Shown here: positions 48,756 to 59,089 of the stretch, in pieces
Numbering within the stretch: the first letter of the stretch is position 1
Layout: every line of letters starts with the position of its first letter
DNA from: an uncultured Dehalococcoidales bacterium
GTDB taxonomy: Bacteria > Chloroflexota > Dehalococcoidia > Dehalococcoidales > UBA5627
Assembly: GCA_964547375.1 (NCBI GenBank)
Contig: CAZJMW010000001.1
Span: 2,319-66,318, forward strand
DNA length: 64,000 bases
Direction: 5' to 3'
Position numbers and translations under genes: made by a program
The notes under the pieces: model-generated
The model's database searches: none
Told to the model about the DNA's origin: nothing
What the model saw: only the letters and a program-made list of their open reading frames with translations

Positions 48756-49505
48756 ATGAAAAAATATTCATTAATTATCATGGCTTTGATTTCCCTGCTC
48801 ATGGTAGCGGGACTCTCCGGCTGCGATATGTATGGGGATTCGAGTACTGATACCGTGGTACAATCAATAAACAGCGACCAGGACCTCGGTATTTCGGTAA
48901 CCGGTATCGGAGAGGTAGATGTAGCACCTGACCTGGCTATTGTAAGACTGGGTGTTCTGGTACAAATGGACACTCTGGCACAGGCGCAGCAGCAGGCTAA
49001 TGTTTCTATGAATGCCATTATGGGCGTTTTAAGCGGTCACAGTATAGCTGATAGCGATATTCAAACTGCCGGATATTCTATAGAGCCGGTATGGACATGG
49101 AAAGATAACGAATCTGTATTTCTTGGATATAAAGTAGCCAATACCGTCAACGTTAAATTGAGGAATATGGACGGAATCGGGGTTATCATAGACGATTCTG
49201 TCGCTGCCGGCGGAGAGTACGTTGTGGTTAACGGAATCAATTTTACAATCGATGACCCAAAACAATATTATGATCAGGCTCGCACAGCGGCAATGGCGGA
49301 TGCAAAAGATAAAGCGACGCAACTGGCTAAAGCCGCTGTAGTAAAGGTTGGTATTCCGATAAGTATCATTGAAAGCAGTTACTATGATTCCAGAGAATCG
49401 TCTGCCTTTTTTGTCGGTACGGCAGACGGCTCCGCCACCAGTATAAGTCCCGGTGAATTGACCATTACGATTACCGTAAACGTGGTTTATACAATCGGGC
49501 AATAG
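48756..49505 (+). CDS. SIMPL/DUF541 domain lipoprotein
   Basis: Lipobox LSGC at the signal peptide end. SIMPL-like repeats (DLAIVRLGV..., ...GELTITITVNVVYTI). Confidence 0.75.
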   Translation: MKKYSLIIMALISLLMVAGLSGCDMYGDSSTDTVVQSINSDQDLGISVTGIGEVDVAPDLAIVRLGVLVQMDTLAQAQQQANVSMNAIMGVLSGHSIADSDIQTAGYSIEPVWTWKDNESVFLGYKVANTVNVKLRNMDGIGVIIDDSVAAGGEYVVVNGINFTIDDPKQYYDQARTAAMADAKDKATQLAKAAVVKVGIPISIIESSYYDSRESSAFFVGTADGSATSISPGELTITITVNVVYTIGQ

Positions 49506-49543
49506 GCGTTATTTTAAGATTATACGTAAAATATGCTATGATA

Positions 49544-49580
49544 TTAAGGGCTTAATAATGTTTTAAGCCCTTAATTATAT
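49544..49580 (+). terminator. Palindromic terminator hairpin
   Basis: Perfect 12-bp stem TTAAGGGCTTAA (49544-49555) / TTAAGCCCTTAA (49563-49574), 7-nt loop, T-rich tail. Confidence 0.6.
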
Positions 49581-49613
49581 TAAAAATCCCGCTGTAAGGA
49601 TAATGAATTAATC

Positions 49614-50606
49614 TTGGTTTGGCTTAAACTGGTACTATGCTGTCTGATTATACTATTTGCCGGTACTAAACTCGCCCGGTATGGGGATGCTATCTCGGAA
49701 CGAACCGGGCTTGGGCGCATGTGGATTGGCCTTATCCTGATTGGTCTGGTTACTTCAATGCCGGAAATGGTTACCGGCGTCAGTGCGGCAGCTATCGTCG
49801 GTCAGCCGGACCTTGCTCTCGGAAATTTCTGGGGCAGTTGTATTTTTAACCTGTCCATACTGGCTTTTCTCGATATGTTTCACCGAAAAGGTCCTCTGCT
49901 TTCAGCCGCCAGTAGCAGGTATATTCTGCCGGCATTTCTGGGTATAGCATTAATTTCTGTGGCAGGAATCAGTCTTTTAATAGGCGATGGAGTTACCGGG
50001 ATATCTATCGGATGGCTCGGATTAACCAGCATTTTTATCTTTACATTATACATATTCGGCATCCGCCAGATGTTTATCTATAATAAAAATCACCCGGAAG
50101 CGATTGTTGAAGAAGAATCGCAGTATAACGAACTCAGCAATTTAAAGATATACGGCACCTTTGCTATAGCTGCTCTGGGGATTATAGGCGGCGGAATCTG
50201 GCTGTCGTTTATAGGTGACGAAATAGCAGTTACCTATAATCTGAGCGCCAACTTCGTAGGCAGCCTCTTTTTAGCTATCGCTACTTCTCTGCCGGAAATT
50301 GTGGTGGCCATAACCGCATTGCGTATCGGAGCTATAGACCTTGCGGTCGGTGATATCCTGGGTGCCAATATGTTAAATACCGCCAATATTTTTATTACCG
50401 ATATATTCTATACCGGTGGCCCGTTGTTATCAGAAGTGTCTTCAAAAAATCTTTTTACCGCCTTAGCAATGATAGTAATGACACTGATAGTTATTCTGGG
50501 GCTTAGATTTAAAAATAAACGTAAAACATTCAAAATTATCAGCTGGAACGCCCTGTTGATTCTGGCAATATATATATCGACTTCACTATATCTATTTAAT
50601 AATTAG
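49614..50606 (+). CDS. Ca2+/cation antiporter (CaCA, YrbG-like)
   Basis: Two alpha-repeats: GNFWGSCIFNLSIL and GDILGANMLNTANI. About 10 TM. TTG start. Confidence 0.8.
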   Translation: MVWLKLVLCCLIILFAGTKLARYGDAISERTGLGRMWIGLILIGLVTSMPEMVTGVSAAAIVGQPDLALGNFWGSCIFNLSILAFLDMFHRKGPLLSAASSRYILPAFLGIALISVAGISLLIGDGVTGISIGWLGLTSIFIFTLYIFGIRQMFIYNKNHPEAIVEEESQYNELSNLKIYGTFAIAALGIIGGGIWLSFIGDEIAVTYNLSANFVGSLFLAIATSLPEIVVAITALRIGAIDLAVGDILGANMLNTANIFITDIFYTGGPLLSEVSSKNLFTALAMIVMTLIVILGLRFKNKRKTFKIISWNALLILAIYISTSLYLFNN

Positions 50607-50692
50607 GTACACGCCTTTCATTGTAAAGTATAGTTATGGTATATATTCCTCTCTGTTTGCACTTATAAAAAAGGTAGTGTTAGAATGGTAGC

Positions 50693-51787
50693 ATGGACTA
50701 TATGGAACAGGCTCTATCAATGGCCAAGCTGGCATTGGGGCAGGTAAGCCCGAATCCGGCGGTTGGGTCTGTGATAGTTAAAAATGGTGAGATAATCGGC
50801 AAGGGATATACACAACCACCCGGGTCGGCTCATGCCGAAATTATGGCTCTGGAGCAGGCAGGTGACAACACGCAAGGGGCTGTAATGTATGTTACTCTTG
50901 AGCCGTGCTGCCATTACGGGCGCACACCACCCTGTACCCAATCCATTATTGAAGCCGGTATCAGCGAAGTACATATGGCAATTCTTGACCCGAACCCTGT
51001 TGTTAACGGCAAGGGAAGGGCTGAGCTTGAAAATGCCGGTATAAAGGTATTTCTTGGTGAACGCGATAAAAAAGCCAGGGAAATTAACGAAGCCTACTTA
51101 AAGTACCAGTTAACCGGCTTGCCTTTTGTTACGGTTAAGTACGCTATGAGCCTCGATGGTAAAATAGCCGCCTTTACAGGGGATTCCAAGTGGATAAGCG
51201 GTGAGGAATCACGGCACTTTGTACACAATCTGCGGTATATAAATGATGCCATTATGGCCGGTGTAAATACGGTGCTGACAGATGACCCCCAACTAACCGC
51301 CAGATGCGGTGGGGGACGGGGTGGAACGGCGAAGAAACAACCGCTCAGGATAATAATTGACGGAACGGCATCGACGCCGGTAACCGCAAAAATTTTCGGA
51401 GAACCGGGAGATACTATTATCGTTATTGCCAGAGAAGCCACACAAAATGAAAAAGATGCTTATAAAAGTGTCGGGGCGGAATTGCTGGAGATACCTTCGG
51501 CAAATGGCTATATCGAACTTAAAGAGCTGATGAAGGAACTGGGGAAAAGGCAGATAATGAGCGTTCTGGTTGAGGGAGGCAGTATTCTTTTCGGTTCTTT
51601 ATTCGACCAGAAGCTGGTGGACAAGGTTTACGCTTTTGTAGCTCCGATAATAATCGGTGGAGAAAATGCAAAGACAGCAATAGGTGGCAGAGGAGTTGAA
51701 AGGATAATGGATGCTGTCAAGCTTAAAAATCTGAGTGAAGAACGATTCGGCGACGATATCATGTTTGTCGGGTATGTGAAGGAATAA
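50693..51787 (+). CDS. ribD: Bifunctional riboflavin biosynthesis deaminase/reductase RibD
   Basis: Zinc deaminase motifs HAEIMAL and TLEPCCHYGRTPPC. C-terminal reductase domain. Confidence 0.95.
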   Translation: MDYMEQALSMAKLALGQVSPNPAVGSVIVKNGEIIGKGYTQPPGSAHAEIMALEQAGDNTQGAVMYVTLEPCCHYGRTPPCTQSIIEAGISEVHMAILDPNPVVNGKGRAELENAGIKVFLGERDKKAREINEAYLKYQLTGLPFVTVKYAMSLDGKIAAFTGDSKWISGEESRHFVHNLRYINDAIMAGVNTVLTDDPQLTARCGGGRGGTAKKQPLRIIIDGTASTPVTAKIFGEPGDTIIVIAREATQNEKDAYKSVGAELLEIPSANGYIELKELMKELGKRQIMSVLVEGGSILFGSLFDQKLVDKVYAFVAPIIIGGENAKTAIGGRGVERIMDAVKLKNLSEERFGDDIMFVGYVKE

Positions 51788-51791
51788 TCGT

Positions 51792-52430
51792 ATGTTTACA
51801 GGTATTGTTCAGGAAATCGGTATCATAAAGGAGATATCCCCTAACAGGATTACCTTGATTGCCTGCAAGGTTTTAAAAAATATGCAGTTGGGTGACAGTA
51901 TTGCGGTTAACGGGGCTTGCTTGACGGTTACGGAATTTACGGAAAACAGCTTTACCGTAGATGTAATGCCCGAAACCTTAAAAAGAACGACACTAAAACA
52001 ACTCAGAAAAAATGAAGAGGTTAACCTTGAAAGGGCATTGACTTTAGAAAGTTTGCTGGGTGGTCACCTGGTTCAAGGGCATGTGGACGCAACTGGTATA
52101 ATAATTTCTATTAAGGATGATAACGGCGCTTTCGTATTAAAAATACAGGCACCCAGGGATGTCATGAACTACGTGGTGGAAAAAGGGTCAATTACCGTTG
52201 ATGGTATCAGCCTGACGGTTATGGGAAGAAGCGATAACACTTTTGATGTATCTATCGTTAATTTCACTATGGAAAATACGGTTATGTGCAACCGTAAAGC
52301 GGGGGACATGGTTAACCTGGAGGCAGATGTCCTGGCTAAATACACGGTTCACTTTAAGAGCACGGGCGTTCCTGACAGTAATATTACTTTTGATTTTCTG
52401 CAGGAAAACGGATTTTTATCGGCAGGATAA
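51792..52430 (+). CDS. ribE: Riboflavin synthase
   Basis: [11 protein letters not shown]-terminus and duplicated lumazine-binding repeats. Confidence 0.95.
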   Translation: MFTGIVQEIGIIKEISPNRITLIACKVLKNMQLGDSIAVNGACLTVTEFTENSFTVDVMPETLKRTTLKQLRKNEEVNLERALTLESLLGGHLVQGHVDATGIIISIKDDNGAFVLKIQAPRDVMNYVVEKGSITVDGISLTVMGRSDNTFDVSIVNFTMENTVMCNRKAGDMVNLEADVLAKYTVHFKSTGVPDSNITFDFLQENGFLSAG

Positions 52431-52452
52431 TCCTGTCTTCGTAGAGGTATAA

Positions 52453-53649
52453 ATGGTTTTATCGAGTATAGAAGAAGCAATCAAGGATATTAAAGAGGGC
52501 AAATTCGTTATCATAGTTGACGATGAAGACCGTGAAAACGAGGGCGACCTGGCGATAGCTGCCGAGAAAGTAACCACCGAAGCGGTCAACTTCATGGTAA
52601 AGCATGCGCGCGGGCTGGTTTGTTTACCCATAAAAGGGGAACGCCTGGATGAACTGGAAATCCCGATGATGGTTTCACATAATACCTCCAAGTTTACTAC
52701 CGCCTTTACGGTTTCTATAGAAGCTAAACATGGGGTTACTACCGGTATATCGGCAAAGGACAGGGCTGAAACGATAAAAGCGGTTATCAATCCGGAAACC
52801 AAACCGTCGGATATTGCCCGCCCGGGGCATATCTTTCCGTTAAGAGCCAGAGAAGGCGGGGTTCTTGTCAGGGCAGGGCATACCGAAGCAGTAGTAGACC
52901 TGGCTAAAATGGCAGGCCTGTATCCGGCTGGTGTCATCTGTGAAATCATGAGTGAAGACGGAACGATGGCAAAGCTGCCGGAGTTGAAAGAAATCGCCGA
53001 TAAATTCGGGATAAAAATAGTAAGCATTGCCGATTTGATTACATACAGGCGCAGACATGAAAAGCTGGTAAGGCGTGTGGCCGAGGCGAAGCTGCCGACG
53101 AAGTATGGAGAATTCAAAATACTCGCCTATAAAAGCGATATGGATGCCGACCAGCATGTAGCGCTGGTAATGGGAGACATAGAAGCTGATGAACCGGTGC
53201 TGGTGAGGGTGCATAGCGAATGCCTTACCGGTGACGTATTCGGCAGCCTGCGATGCGATTGCGGCGAACAAATAGATATGGCACTGCAGATGATTGCCAG
53301 AGAGAAACGCGGTGTGCTGCTTTACATGAGGCAGGAGGGAAGGGGTATCGGTCTTCATAACAAGATCTGTGCCTATGAATTACAGGATAACGGATTGGAT
53401 ACCGTGGAAGCTAACCTCTCGCTGGGTTTTCCGGCTGATTTAAGGGATTACGGCATCGGGGCGCAGATATTAAACGATTTAAAGCTTAATAAAATAAGAC
53501 TTTTAACCAATAACCCGAAGAAGGTCATTGGGCTTGAGGGCTACGGGCTTGAAGTGGTGGAAACGGTTCCCATTATAATAAAAGCAAATCCTAATAATAA
53601 GCGTTACCTGGATACAAAAAAAGAAAAAATGGGTCATATACTGGAATAG
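52453..53649 (+). CDS. ribBA: Bifunctional 3,4-dihydroxy-2-butanone-4-phosphate synthase / GTP cyclohydrolase II
   Basis: [11 protein letters not shown] (DHBP synthase) and [21 protein letters not shown] (GCH II). Confidence 0.95.
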   Translation: MVLSSIEEAIKDIKEGKFVIIVDDEDRENEGDLAIAAEKVTTEAVNFMVKHARGLVCLPIKGERLDELEIPMMVSHNTSKFTTAFTVSIEAKHGVTTGISAKDRAETIKAVINPETKPSDIARPGHIFPLRAREGGVLVRAGHTEAVVDLAKMAGLYPAGVICEIMSEDGTMAKLPELKEIADKFGIKIVSIADLITYRRRHEKLVRRVAEAKLPTKYGEFKILAYKSDMDADQHVALVMGDIEADEPVLVRVHSECLTGDVFGSLRCDCGEQIDMALQMIAREKRGVLLYMRQEGRGIGLHNKICAYELQDNGLDTVEANLSLGFPADLRDYGIGAQILNDLKLNKIRLLTNNPKKVIGLEGYGLEVVETVPIIIKANPNNKRYLDTKKEKMGHILE

Positions 53650-53680
53650 TAAATAAACACTATCGTCAGTGGAGGGTTTC

Positions 53681-54148
53681 ATGAATAAGAATTTTGAAGG
53701 AATGCTGGTTGGCAAGGGTTTAAAGTTCGGTATAATCATTTCCCGTTTCAACGAGTTCATATCAAACAAACTGCTTGACGGATGCAAGGACGCGCTGGTA
53801 AGACACGATGTAAATGAAGAAGACATTTACGTGGCATGGACGCCCGGTTCTTTTGAAATACCGCTGGTAGCTCTTAAAATGGCAAAGACAAAAAAATACG
53901 ATGCTATTATATGCCTGGGGGCCGTTATACGCGGTGGTACTCCACATTTTGATTATGTGGCTTCGGAATATACCAAGGGTATTGCTAAAGTAGCGCTTGA
54001 TACCGAGCTGCCGGTAATCAACGGTGTCATTACTGCCGATAACCTGGAACAGGCTATCGAAAGAGCGGGAGCCAAGATGGGTAATAAGGGCTTTGCCGCA
54101 GCCACGAGCGCCATCGAGATGGCTAATTTGCTTAAGGGCATCAATTAA
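53681..54148 (+). CDS. ribH: 6,7-dimethyl-8-ribityllumazine synthase
   Basis: I prefer ATG 53681, preceded by GGAGGG. Motifs [12 protein letters not shown] and VPGSFEIP. Confidence 0.95.
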   Translation: MNKNFEGMLVGKGLKFGIIISRFNEFISNKLLDGCKDALVRHDVNEEDIYVAWTPGSFEIPLVALKMAKTKKYDAIICLGAVIRGGTPHFDYVASEYTKGIAKVALDTELPVINGVITADNLEQAIERAGAKMGNKGFAAATSAIEMANLLKGIN

Positions 54149-54161
54149 ACATTAGAACTTA

Positions 54162-54413
54162 TTAAACTACTTTATAGACTATATCGCCGGGTCTGACGCG
54201 CTCGGTAACTTTAATTCCGATTGCGTCGCCGGCTTTTGCGGAAGAAACCTGGTTATTATCCACCTGCATGGAAGATACAACGAGTTCTAAATCAGTGGTA
54301 TGACCCTTGATTCGAATCAGGTCACCCGTATTGAGTTCTGCCGAAAGCTCGATACCGGCGACAACCGGATGTGCAAAGAAATCGGAGACTGTCCCAATCA
54401 TTATTTCAGGCAT
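54162..54413 (-). CDS. Small EF-Tu domain 2-like beta-barrel protein (translation elongation factor-like)
   Basis: I prefer ATG 54413, preceded by AAAGGAGGG. GDLIRIKGHTTDLE...AKAGDAIGIKV resembles GTP_EFTU_D2. Confidence 0.6.
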   Translation of the reverse strand: MPEIMIGTVSDFFAHPVVAGIELSAELNTGDLIRIKGHTTDLELVVSSMQVDNNQVSSAKAGDAIGIKVTERVRPGDIVYKVV

Positions 54414-54582
54414 TTCCAACCCTCCTTTATTTAGTGGCTTCCTCGTTTAGTATATGATAGGGATATTACTAAAGCAATAGAAAACGCTAATAATTTTTGA
54501 CATATTCATTACCGTCACGTATAATTAGCCTGTTTTTATCCTGTTTTTTACTGGTAGAATTCTTAAAATATGAGGTTGGAAA

Positions 54583-54807
54583 TTGGCAAAAGATAACCAG
54601 GGCGGAGCCAAGCAACAGGCTGATAGTATTGATAAGCTGGAGCGGCGTCTTGATATGATGGACCGTCGTTTAGATGATATAGACAGCATGGTGTCTGCCG
54701 CTATTGAAAGGGTTATGAGCCAGCCGGTGGTATTACTGGTTAATTGCCCCAATTGCGGTAAAAATATAGAGATATCTCTTGTCGGTGTTAAGAAACCCGG
54801 GATCTAG
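54583..54807 (+). CDS. Hypothetical coiled-coil protein with C-terminal CPNCG knuckle
   Basis: TTG start with GAGG upstream. 74 aa. Sits directly upstream of bioY. Confidence 0.4.
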   Translation: MAKDNQGGAKQQADSIDKLERRLDMMDRRLDDIDSMVSAAIERVMSQPVVLLVNCPNCGKNIEISLVGVKKPGI

Positions 54808-54828
54808 GCTTAGTGCTGGAGGAAATTT

Positions 54829-55446
54829 ATGCAATTAGTCTCATCAATCGACAGAACCAGATATAGCATATTTGAATGGCGCTATAATTTAAGTATCCCT
54901 ATGAAACTGGTCATGGCACTAGCTATGGCCGGAATGACCGGTTTACTGGCACAGGTCAGGATATTTGTTGAATGGAGTCCTGTTCCCATTACAGGTCAGA
55001 CACTGGCAGTTTTACTGGCAGGTGTACTGCTTGGGAGGCGTTGGGGCGGCGCCAGCATGGCAATATATGCCGTACTCGGCATTGCCGGAATACCATGGTT
55101 TAACGGTATGACCAGCGGTTTGGGTGCTACCGGCGGTTACCTTATCGGTTTCGTATTAGCCGCTCTCTTTATCGGTTATGTTACAGATAAGTATATTAAA
55201 TCCAGATATTTTATAAGCATGCTTGGTGTTATGCTTTTTGCCAGCTTAATTCTTATATATGTTCCGGGTGTTCTCTGGTTAGGCATCTGGTTAAAAGCTG
55301 TTAGCGGTGTATCGGTCAGTATCATTCCGTTGTTCACAATGGGGGTTGTTCCCTTTATTATCGGTGATATTGTAAAATGCGTCGCTGCCGCGGTGATTAC
55401 TAAAGCGGTAACACCTAAAAAGGATTACACCGGTAGTAATCGTTAA
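54829..55446 (+). CDS. bioY: Biotin transporter BioY (ECF S-component)
   Basis: PITGQTLAVLLAGVLLGRRWG and GYLIGF motifs. About 5-6 TM. Confidence 0.9.
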   Translation: MQLVSSIDRTRYSIFEWRYNLSIPMKLVMALAMAGMTGLLAQVRIFVEWSPVPITGQTLAVLLAGVLLGRRWGGASMAIYAVLGIAGIPWFNGMTSGLGATGGYLIGFVLAALFIGYVTDKYIKSRYFISMLGVMLFASLILIYVPGVLWLGIWLKAVSGVSVSIIPLFTMGVVPFIIGDIVKCVAAAVITKAVTPKKDYTGSNR

Positions 55447-55457
55447 ATAATAATTAA

Positions 55458-55486
55458 TTGACTAAATCAGGCATAATTAGTACAAT
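55458..55486 (+). promoter_or_regulatory. Candidate promoter for tRNA-Val (TTGACT-17-TACAAT)
   Basis: The -10 hexamer ends 17 nt before the tRNA 5' end. Confidence 0.5.
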
Positions 55487-55503
55487 TACTTGTCCTCACT
55501 TTA

Positions 55504-55580
55504 GGGCGGTTAGCTCAGTTGGTTAGAGCGCTGCGTTGACATCGCAGAGGTCATTGGTTCAAATCCATTACCGCCCACCA
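55504..55580 (+). tRNA. tRNA-Val (anticodon GAC), CCA encoded
   Basis: Cloverleaf by hand. Acceptor GGGCGGT/ACCGCCC. D arm GCTC-AGTTGGTTA-GAGC. Anticodon stem CTGCG/CGCAG with loop TTGACAT. T loop TTCAAAT. Terminal ACCA. One T-T mismatch in the T stem. Confidence 0.9.
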
Positions 55581-55695
55581 TTCTGTACAATAGGCAGAAC
55601 TTCTTCATTATTAGTCTTATATTAACCATCCTCATGTTAATGCGAATCATTGTTTTGATTTGGTTGCCAAAGACTGATGATAAAGAACAAACCTC

Positions 55696-57234
55696 TTATT
55701 TCACACTTATTACAAAGCTTCCCTGGCGGGTAAGGGTGTATTTATTGAAAGCCAGCGCTTCGGCGTCGTGATTATACAACGAAAGTATGACTACATTGAA
55801 TCGCTCGTTTATCTTTGTCTTAGCCTGAAATAGGGCTTTAGTACATGGATTACTGTTGGAACCGCTATTTAAGACGCCGTATTCCAGTTTCAGCAGTTCT
55901 GAAAGCTTTCCGGAGGGCTTTGTGTCAATCTTGCTTAGCCGGTTGATATTTGACCGTAACCTTAAAACATCCGGCGGGTTCAGATATTTTACGGGGTTTG
56001 AATGGATAACCAGTTTTTTAACAATCCGCAGCGCATATGAAACAAGCTGGTTCGATGAAAGAGCAGGAGTAGTCATTACTACCTTTTCTTTATCATAGAC
56101 AGCAAAAGAGGCAGGAATATTGGCTTGCCCCAGGGTTACTGCGGTTATCAGTATATCGTGAGCCAGTTTATCCAATTCATCATCATCGCCGGCTACAAGG
56201 TTAACCAGGATAACAGCCGGCTGCCCGCGGAATTCGTCAAATTCCTTGCTTATCAGTTCATCGTATTTAACAGAAGCCTTCCAGTTGATGTTTTTTAAAC
56301 TGTCGCCTGCCTGGTATATCCGGTTGCCATAGTATTCAATTCCCTGCCTGAAACCCTGTAACGTTTTGGAAACATTAGTGTTCGATATAAGCGGAAGATT
56401 CCCCTGTCTTGTTCCCGACATATACCTCAACGCCAGCCACGTGGCATATTTGGCCCTGGGAATCACAACCAGTTTGACCGGTTCCATTTCAAATGATGTC
56501 TGAAACAGGCTCCACCGGTCGATGGCATAACCTTTTAATTTAACAATTGATGGCCCGGATAAAGCGGGTGTTATCGATAGTTCCAGTGACATTGGTGTGT
56601 CTTTTAAATAAATGCGCTTGTTTTTTATTTTTATCCAATCGAATTGCGATTCAAAGAACAGAGCCATTCCGTATCTAATAACCGGACTCAATTGGATTTC
56701 TAAATCCTCCGTTTTCCCGGCAAGAATACGATACAGGATTTGTTCTTCCTTAACGGGTTTATGAGGTACTCTTCTTATAACAAATAAGCTTAAACAAATG
56801 AAATAGATAATTAGCACAGAGGCGGATATGATGAGTGTTAAATCGGATAAAAGTAGTGCTAGTGCAAAGATTGATAAAATTATAATGCATTGAACAATAT
56901 ATAGAGTGGTAGGGCGACGTTTAGAGTGTTGACTATAAGATTTTATTATGTGAGCGCTTTTACTTAGACTTCGAGTAATCAGCAGCAGTACCGGCAAAGC
57001 AAATAAAGGTGCAATGTATTCCGGCAACATGGTTGAATATAACAATGCAATCGCAAGGAATATGAAGTACTGGGAAAGCACATCTATAACCGGTGAAATA
57101 ATGCGGCGCCATTGGAAAAGGTAAAACGCCAGTAGTATTATCGGTATAATGGAAAAATTGGATGGCGAAAGAATCGCAGCGACTAATAAAGTTGCGATGA
57201 CATAAAATTTCAAAAAGATTGCCAGTACTTTCAT
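55696..57234 (-). CDS. DUF58-domain protein with N-terminal polytopic membrane region
   Basis: 512 aa. About 5 TM helices, then the DUF58 core motif YQAGDSLKNINWKASVKYDELISKEF. Confidence 0.7.
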   Translation of the reverse strand: MKVLAIFLKFYVIATLLVAAILSPSNFSIIPIILLAFYLFQWRRIISPVIDVLSQYFIFLAIALLYSTMLPEYIAPLFALPVLLLITRSLSKSAHIIKSYSQHSKRRPTTLYIVQCIIILSIFALALLLSDLTLIISASVLIIYFICLSLFVIRRVPHKPVKEEQILYRILAGKTEDLEIQLSPVIRYGMALFFESQFDWIKIKNKRIYLKDTPMSLELSITPALSGPSIVKLKGYAIDRWSLFQTSFEMEPVKLVVIPRAKYATWLALRYMSGTRQGNLPLISNTNVSKTLQGFRQGIEYYGNRIYQAGDSLKNINWKASVKYDELISKEFDEFRGQPAVILVNLVAGDDDELDKLAHDILITAVTLGQANIPASFAVYDKEKVVMTTPALSSNQLVSYALRIVKKLVIHSNPVKYLNPPDVLRLRSNINRLSKIDTKPSGKLSELLKLEYGVLNSGSNSNPCTKALFQAKTKINERFNVVILSLYNHDAEALAFNKYTLTRQGSFVISVK

Positions 57235-57245
57235 AACATCCGTAA

Positions 57246-58199
57246 TTACATATCAAATCTTGGTACGGGTATCGAATCGAGCGTTTTATTTATAATCATG
57301 CGCGGCGTAACATCGTCCATTTCTGCTTCCGGCCTGATGCGCAAGCGGTGTTCGATGGTAAAATATGCCAGGCGTTTAACATCATCGGGAATAACGTATT
57401 CCCTGCCGTCCAGTACGGCAAACACACGGGCGCATTTGAAGATAGAGATACCACTCCTGGTGCTTAATCCGTAAATCACGTCAGGGTCGGTGCGAATAGT
57501 ATGTACTATAGAAGTGATATATTCTATGATATCCGGAGAAACATGCACATGCTTTGTTAACTCCCGGAGTTCCATTATTTCATTTACTGTAACTACCTGT
57601 TTTATATTAGGGGCATCAATGGCATCTATCTCGCTGATAACCCGCATTTCTTCATCGCTTGACAAATATTGACTGTAAATGCGCAACAGGAAACGGTCCA
57701 TCTGAACATCTGTAAGCGGGTAGGTGCCCTCACCTCCGGCAAGTACCTGAGTTGCAATTACCATAAACGGGAGCGGCAATGGCATTGTTTTACCTTCAAT
57801 AGAAACTTGGTGTTCCTGCATAGCCTCCAGGAGGGCGGACTGGGTGCGTGGCGTGGTTCTGTTCAGTTCATCCGCCAGTATTATATTGGCAAAAATGGGT
57901 CCTTCCAAAAAGGAGAAAGTCCCCGTAGTGGAATAAAGGTTGAAACCGGTGATATCGGCTGGCATCATATCAGGGGTAAACTGTATCCTTTTAAATGTTC
58001 CGCCGACAACTTTAGCGAAGCTTTTAGCGATGGTTGTTTTTGCCGAACCGGGGGGGCCTTCAATAAGAACATGCCCTCCGGCTATAAGACCTAACATAAG
58101 CCCTTTAATAATCTCGTCCTTACCTATTACCGCCTTATTAATTTCACTTTTTATTTTTTTATATATCTCCGCAACCATTTCAATATCCATATTAACCAA
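57246..58199 (-). CDS. MoxR-family AAA+ ATPase
   Basis: Walker A GPPGSAKT and Walker B ILADELNR. About 317 aa, typical MoxR size. Confidence 0.9.
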   Translation of the reverse strand: MVNMDIEMVAEIYKKIKSEINKAVIGKDEIIKGLMLGLIAGGHVLIEGPPGSAKTTIAKSFAKVVGGTFKRIQFTPDMMPADITGFNLYSTTGTFSFLEGPIFANIILADELNRTTPRTQSALLEAMQEHQVSIEGKTMPLPLPFMVIATQVLAGGEGTYPLTDVQMDRFLLRIYSQYLSSDEEMRVISEIDAIDAPNIKQVVTVNEIMELRELTKHVHVSPDIIEYITSIVHTIRTDPDVIYGLSTRSGISIFKCARVFAVLDGREYVIPDDVKRLAYFTIEHRLRIRPEAEMDDVTPRMIINKTLDSIPVPRFDM

Positions 58200-59088
58200 T
58201 TGCCTCCTCCTTCTTTAATGCAAAAGCAGCCACCGGAATAAAAATAATAGCTATCATACCCAGTAATACATAACGGTTATTTAAAATTTCTTTTACTTTT
58301 TCCATACTGATCTTTGAAACATCGAGGGGTGTCTTTGTAATATGCGCTCTATCGAGATAAATCTTTTCGGGAGTATTGTCAAATGTAATTAGATAATCTA
58401 TAAATTTGTAATTATCATTCTGGCCTACCATGGTATTTATCGTTATGCTTGGGTCTGATACCAGCATTATCTTACCTTTCCCAAAATCGTATTCAGCCGC
58501 TACAACCAGCGGGCCTTCCTGTTCATCTTCATCAAGTATCCCATTGTTATTTGCATCCGCAAAACTGGTTGGGGATGACCTGGCTAAAATATGAGATTGC
58601 CCGACATTAATCAGATTAGAAGCGTGATTTAAGGTGATTGCTTCTATGCCGCTTTCGATTATCTCTGCAGAGAAATCGGTGGTGCGCGGTAAATATTGAT
58701 TTTTATAATTAAAAAGCGGGTCTAGCAAAATCATATTACTGAAGCGTGCTTCTATTCCAAGAGACTCCAGTATTTGATTGCCGTAACCGAAATCGTCCAA
58801 CAGTAAAACAAGATTGCCTTGATTTATAAACTCTTTAATCGATAACAGTTCTTCATCGGAATACTCAATATAGGGTATACAGACCAATACTTCATGTTGA
58901 GCTCGGGGGGATATCTCAGCCAGTGAATCAGTATTCTCGGCATTGAATTCCTTTACAAAATTATGGATGCCGTTCCAGGCTTTGTTACTCGACATAAAGT
59001 CATTAATAGATGGATAAAACAGGATTCCCAACAGCGACACTGTCAGGATAATACCAATAATTGCCAGTATAAGGCCTGAAATTCTCAT
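58192..59088 (-). CDS. DUF4350-like membrane-anchored protein
   Basis: N- and C-terminal TM helices flank an extracytoplasmic domain. GKGKIMLVSDPSITINTMVGQNDNYKF resembles the DUF4350 signature. Assignment is from memory. Confidence 0.55.
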   Translation of the reverse strand: MRISGLILAIIGIILTVSLLGILFYPSINDFMSSNKAWNGIHNFVKEFNAENTDSLAEISPRAQHEVLVCIPYIEYSDEELLSIKEFINQGNLVLLLDDFGYGNQILESLGIEARFSNMILLDPLFNYKNQYLPRTTDFSAEIIESGIEAITLNHASNLINVGQSHILARSSPTSFADANNNGILDEDEQEGPLVVAAEYDFGKGKIMLVSDPSITINTMVGQNDNYKFIDYLITFDNTPEKIYLDRAHITKTPLDVSKISMEKVKEILNNRYVLLGMIAIIFIPVAAFALKKEEAIG

Positions 59089-59089
59089 T

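Noticed and set aside
50607-50692. FMN riboswitch upstream of ribD
   Set aside because: The spacer is only 86 nt and lacks the conserved FMN aptamer elements. The rib operon here appears to have no cis riboswitch.
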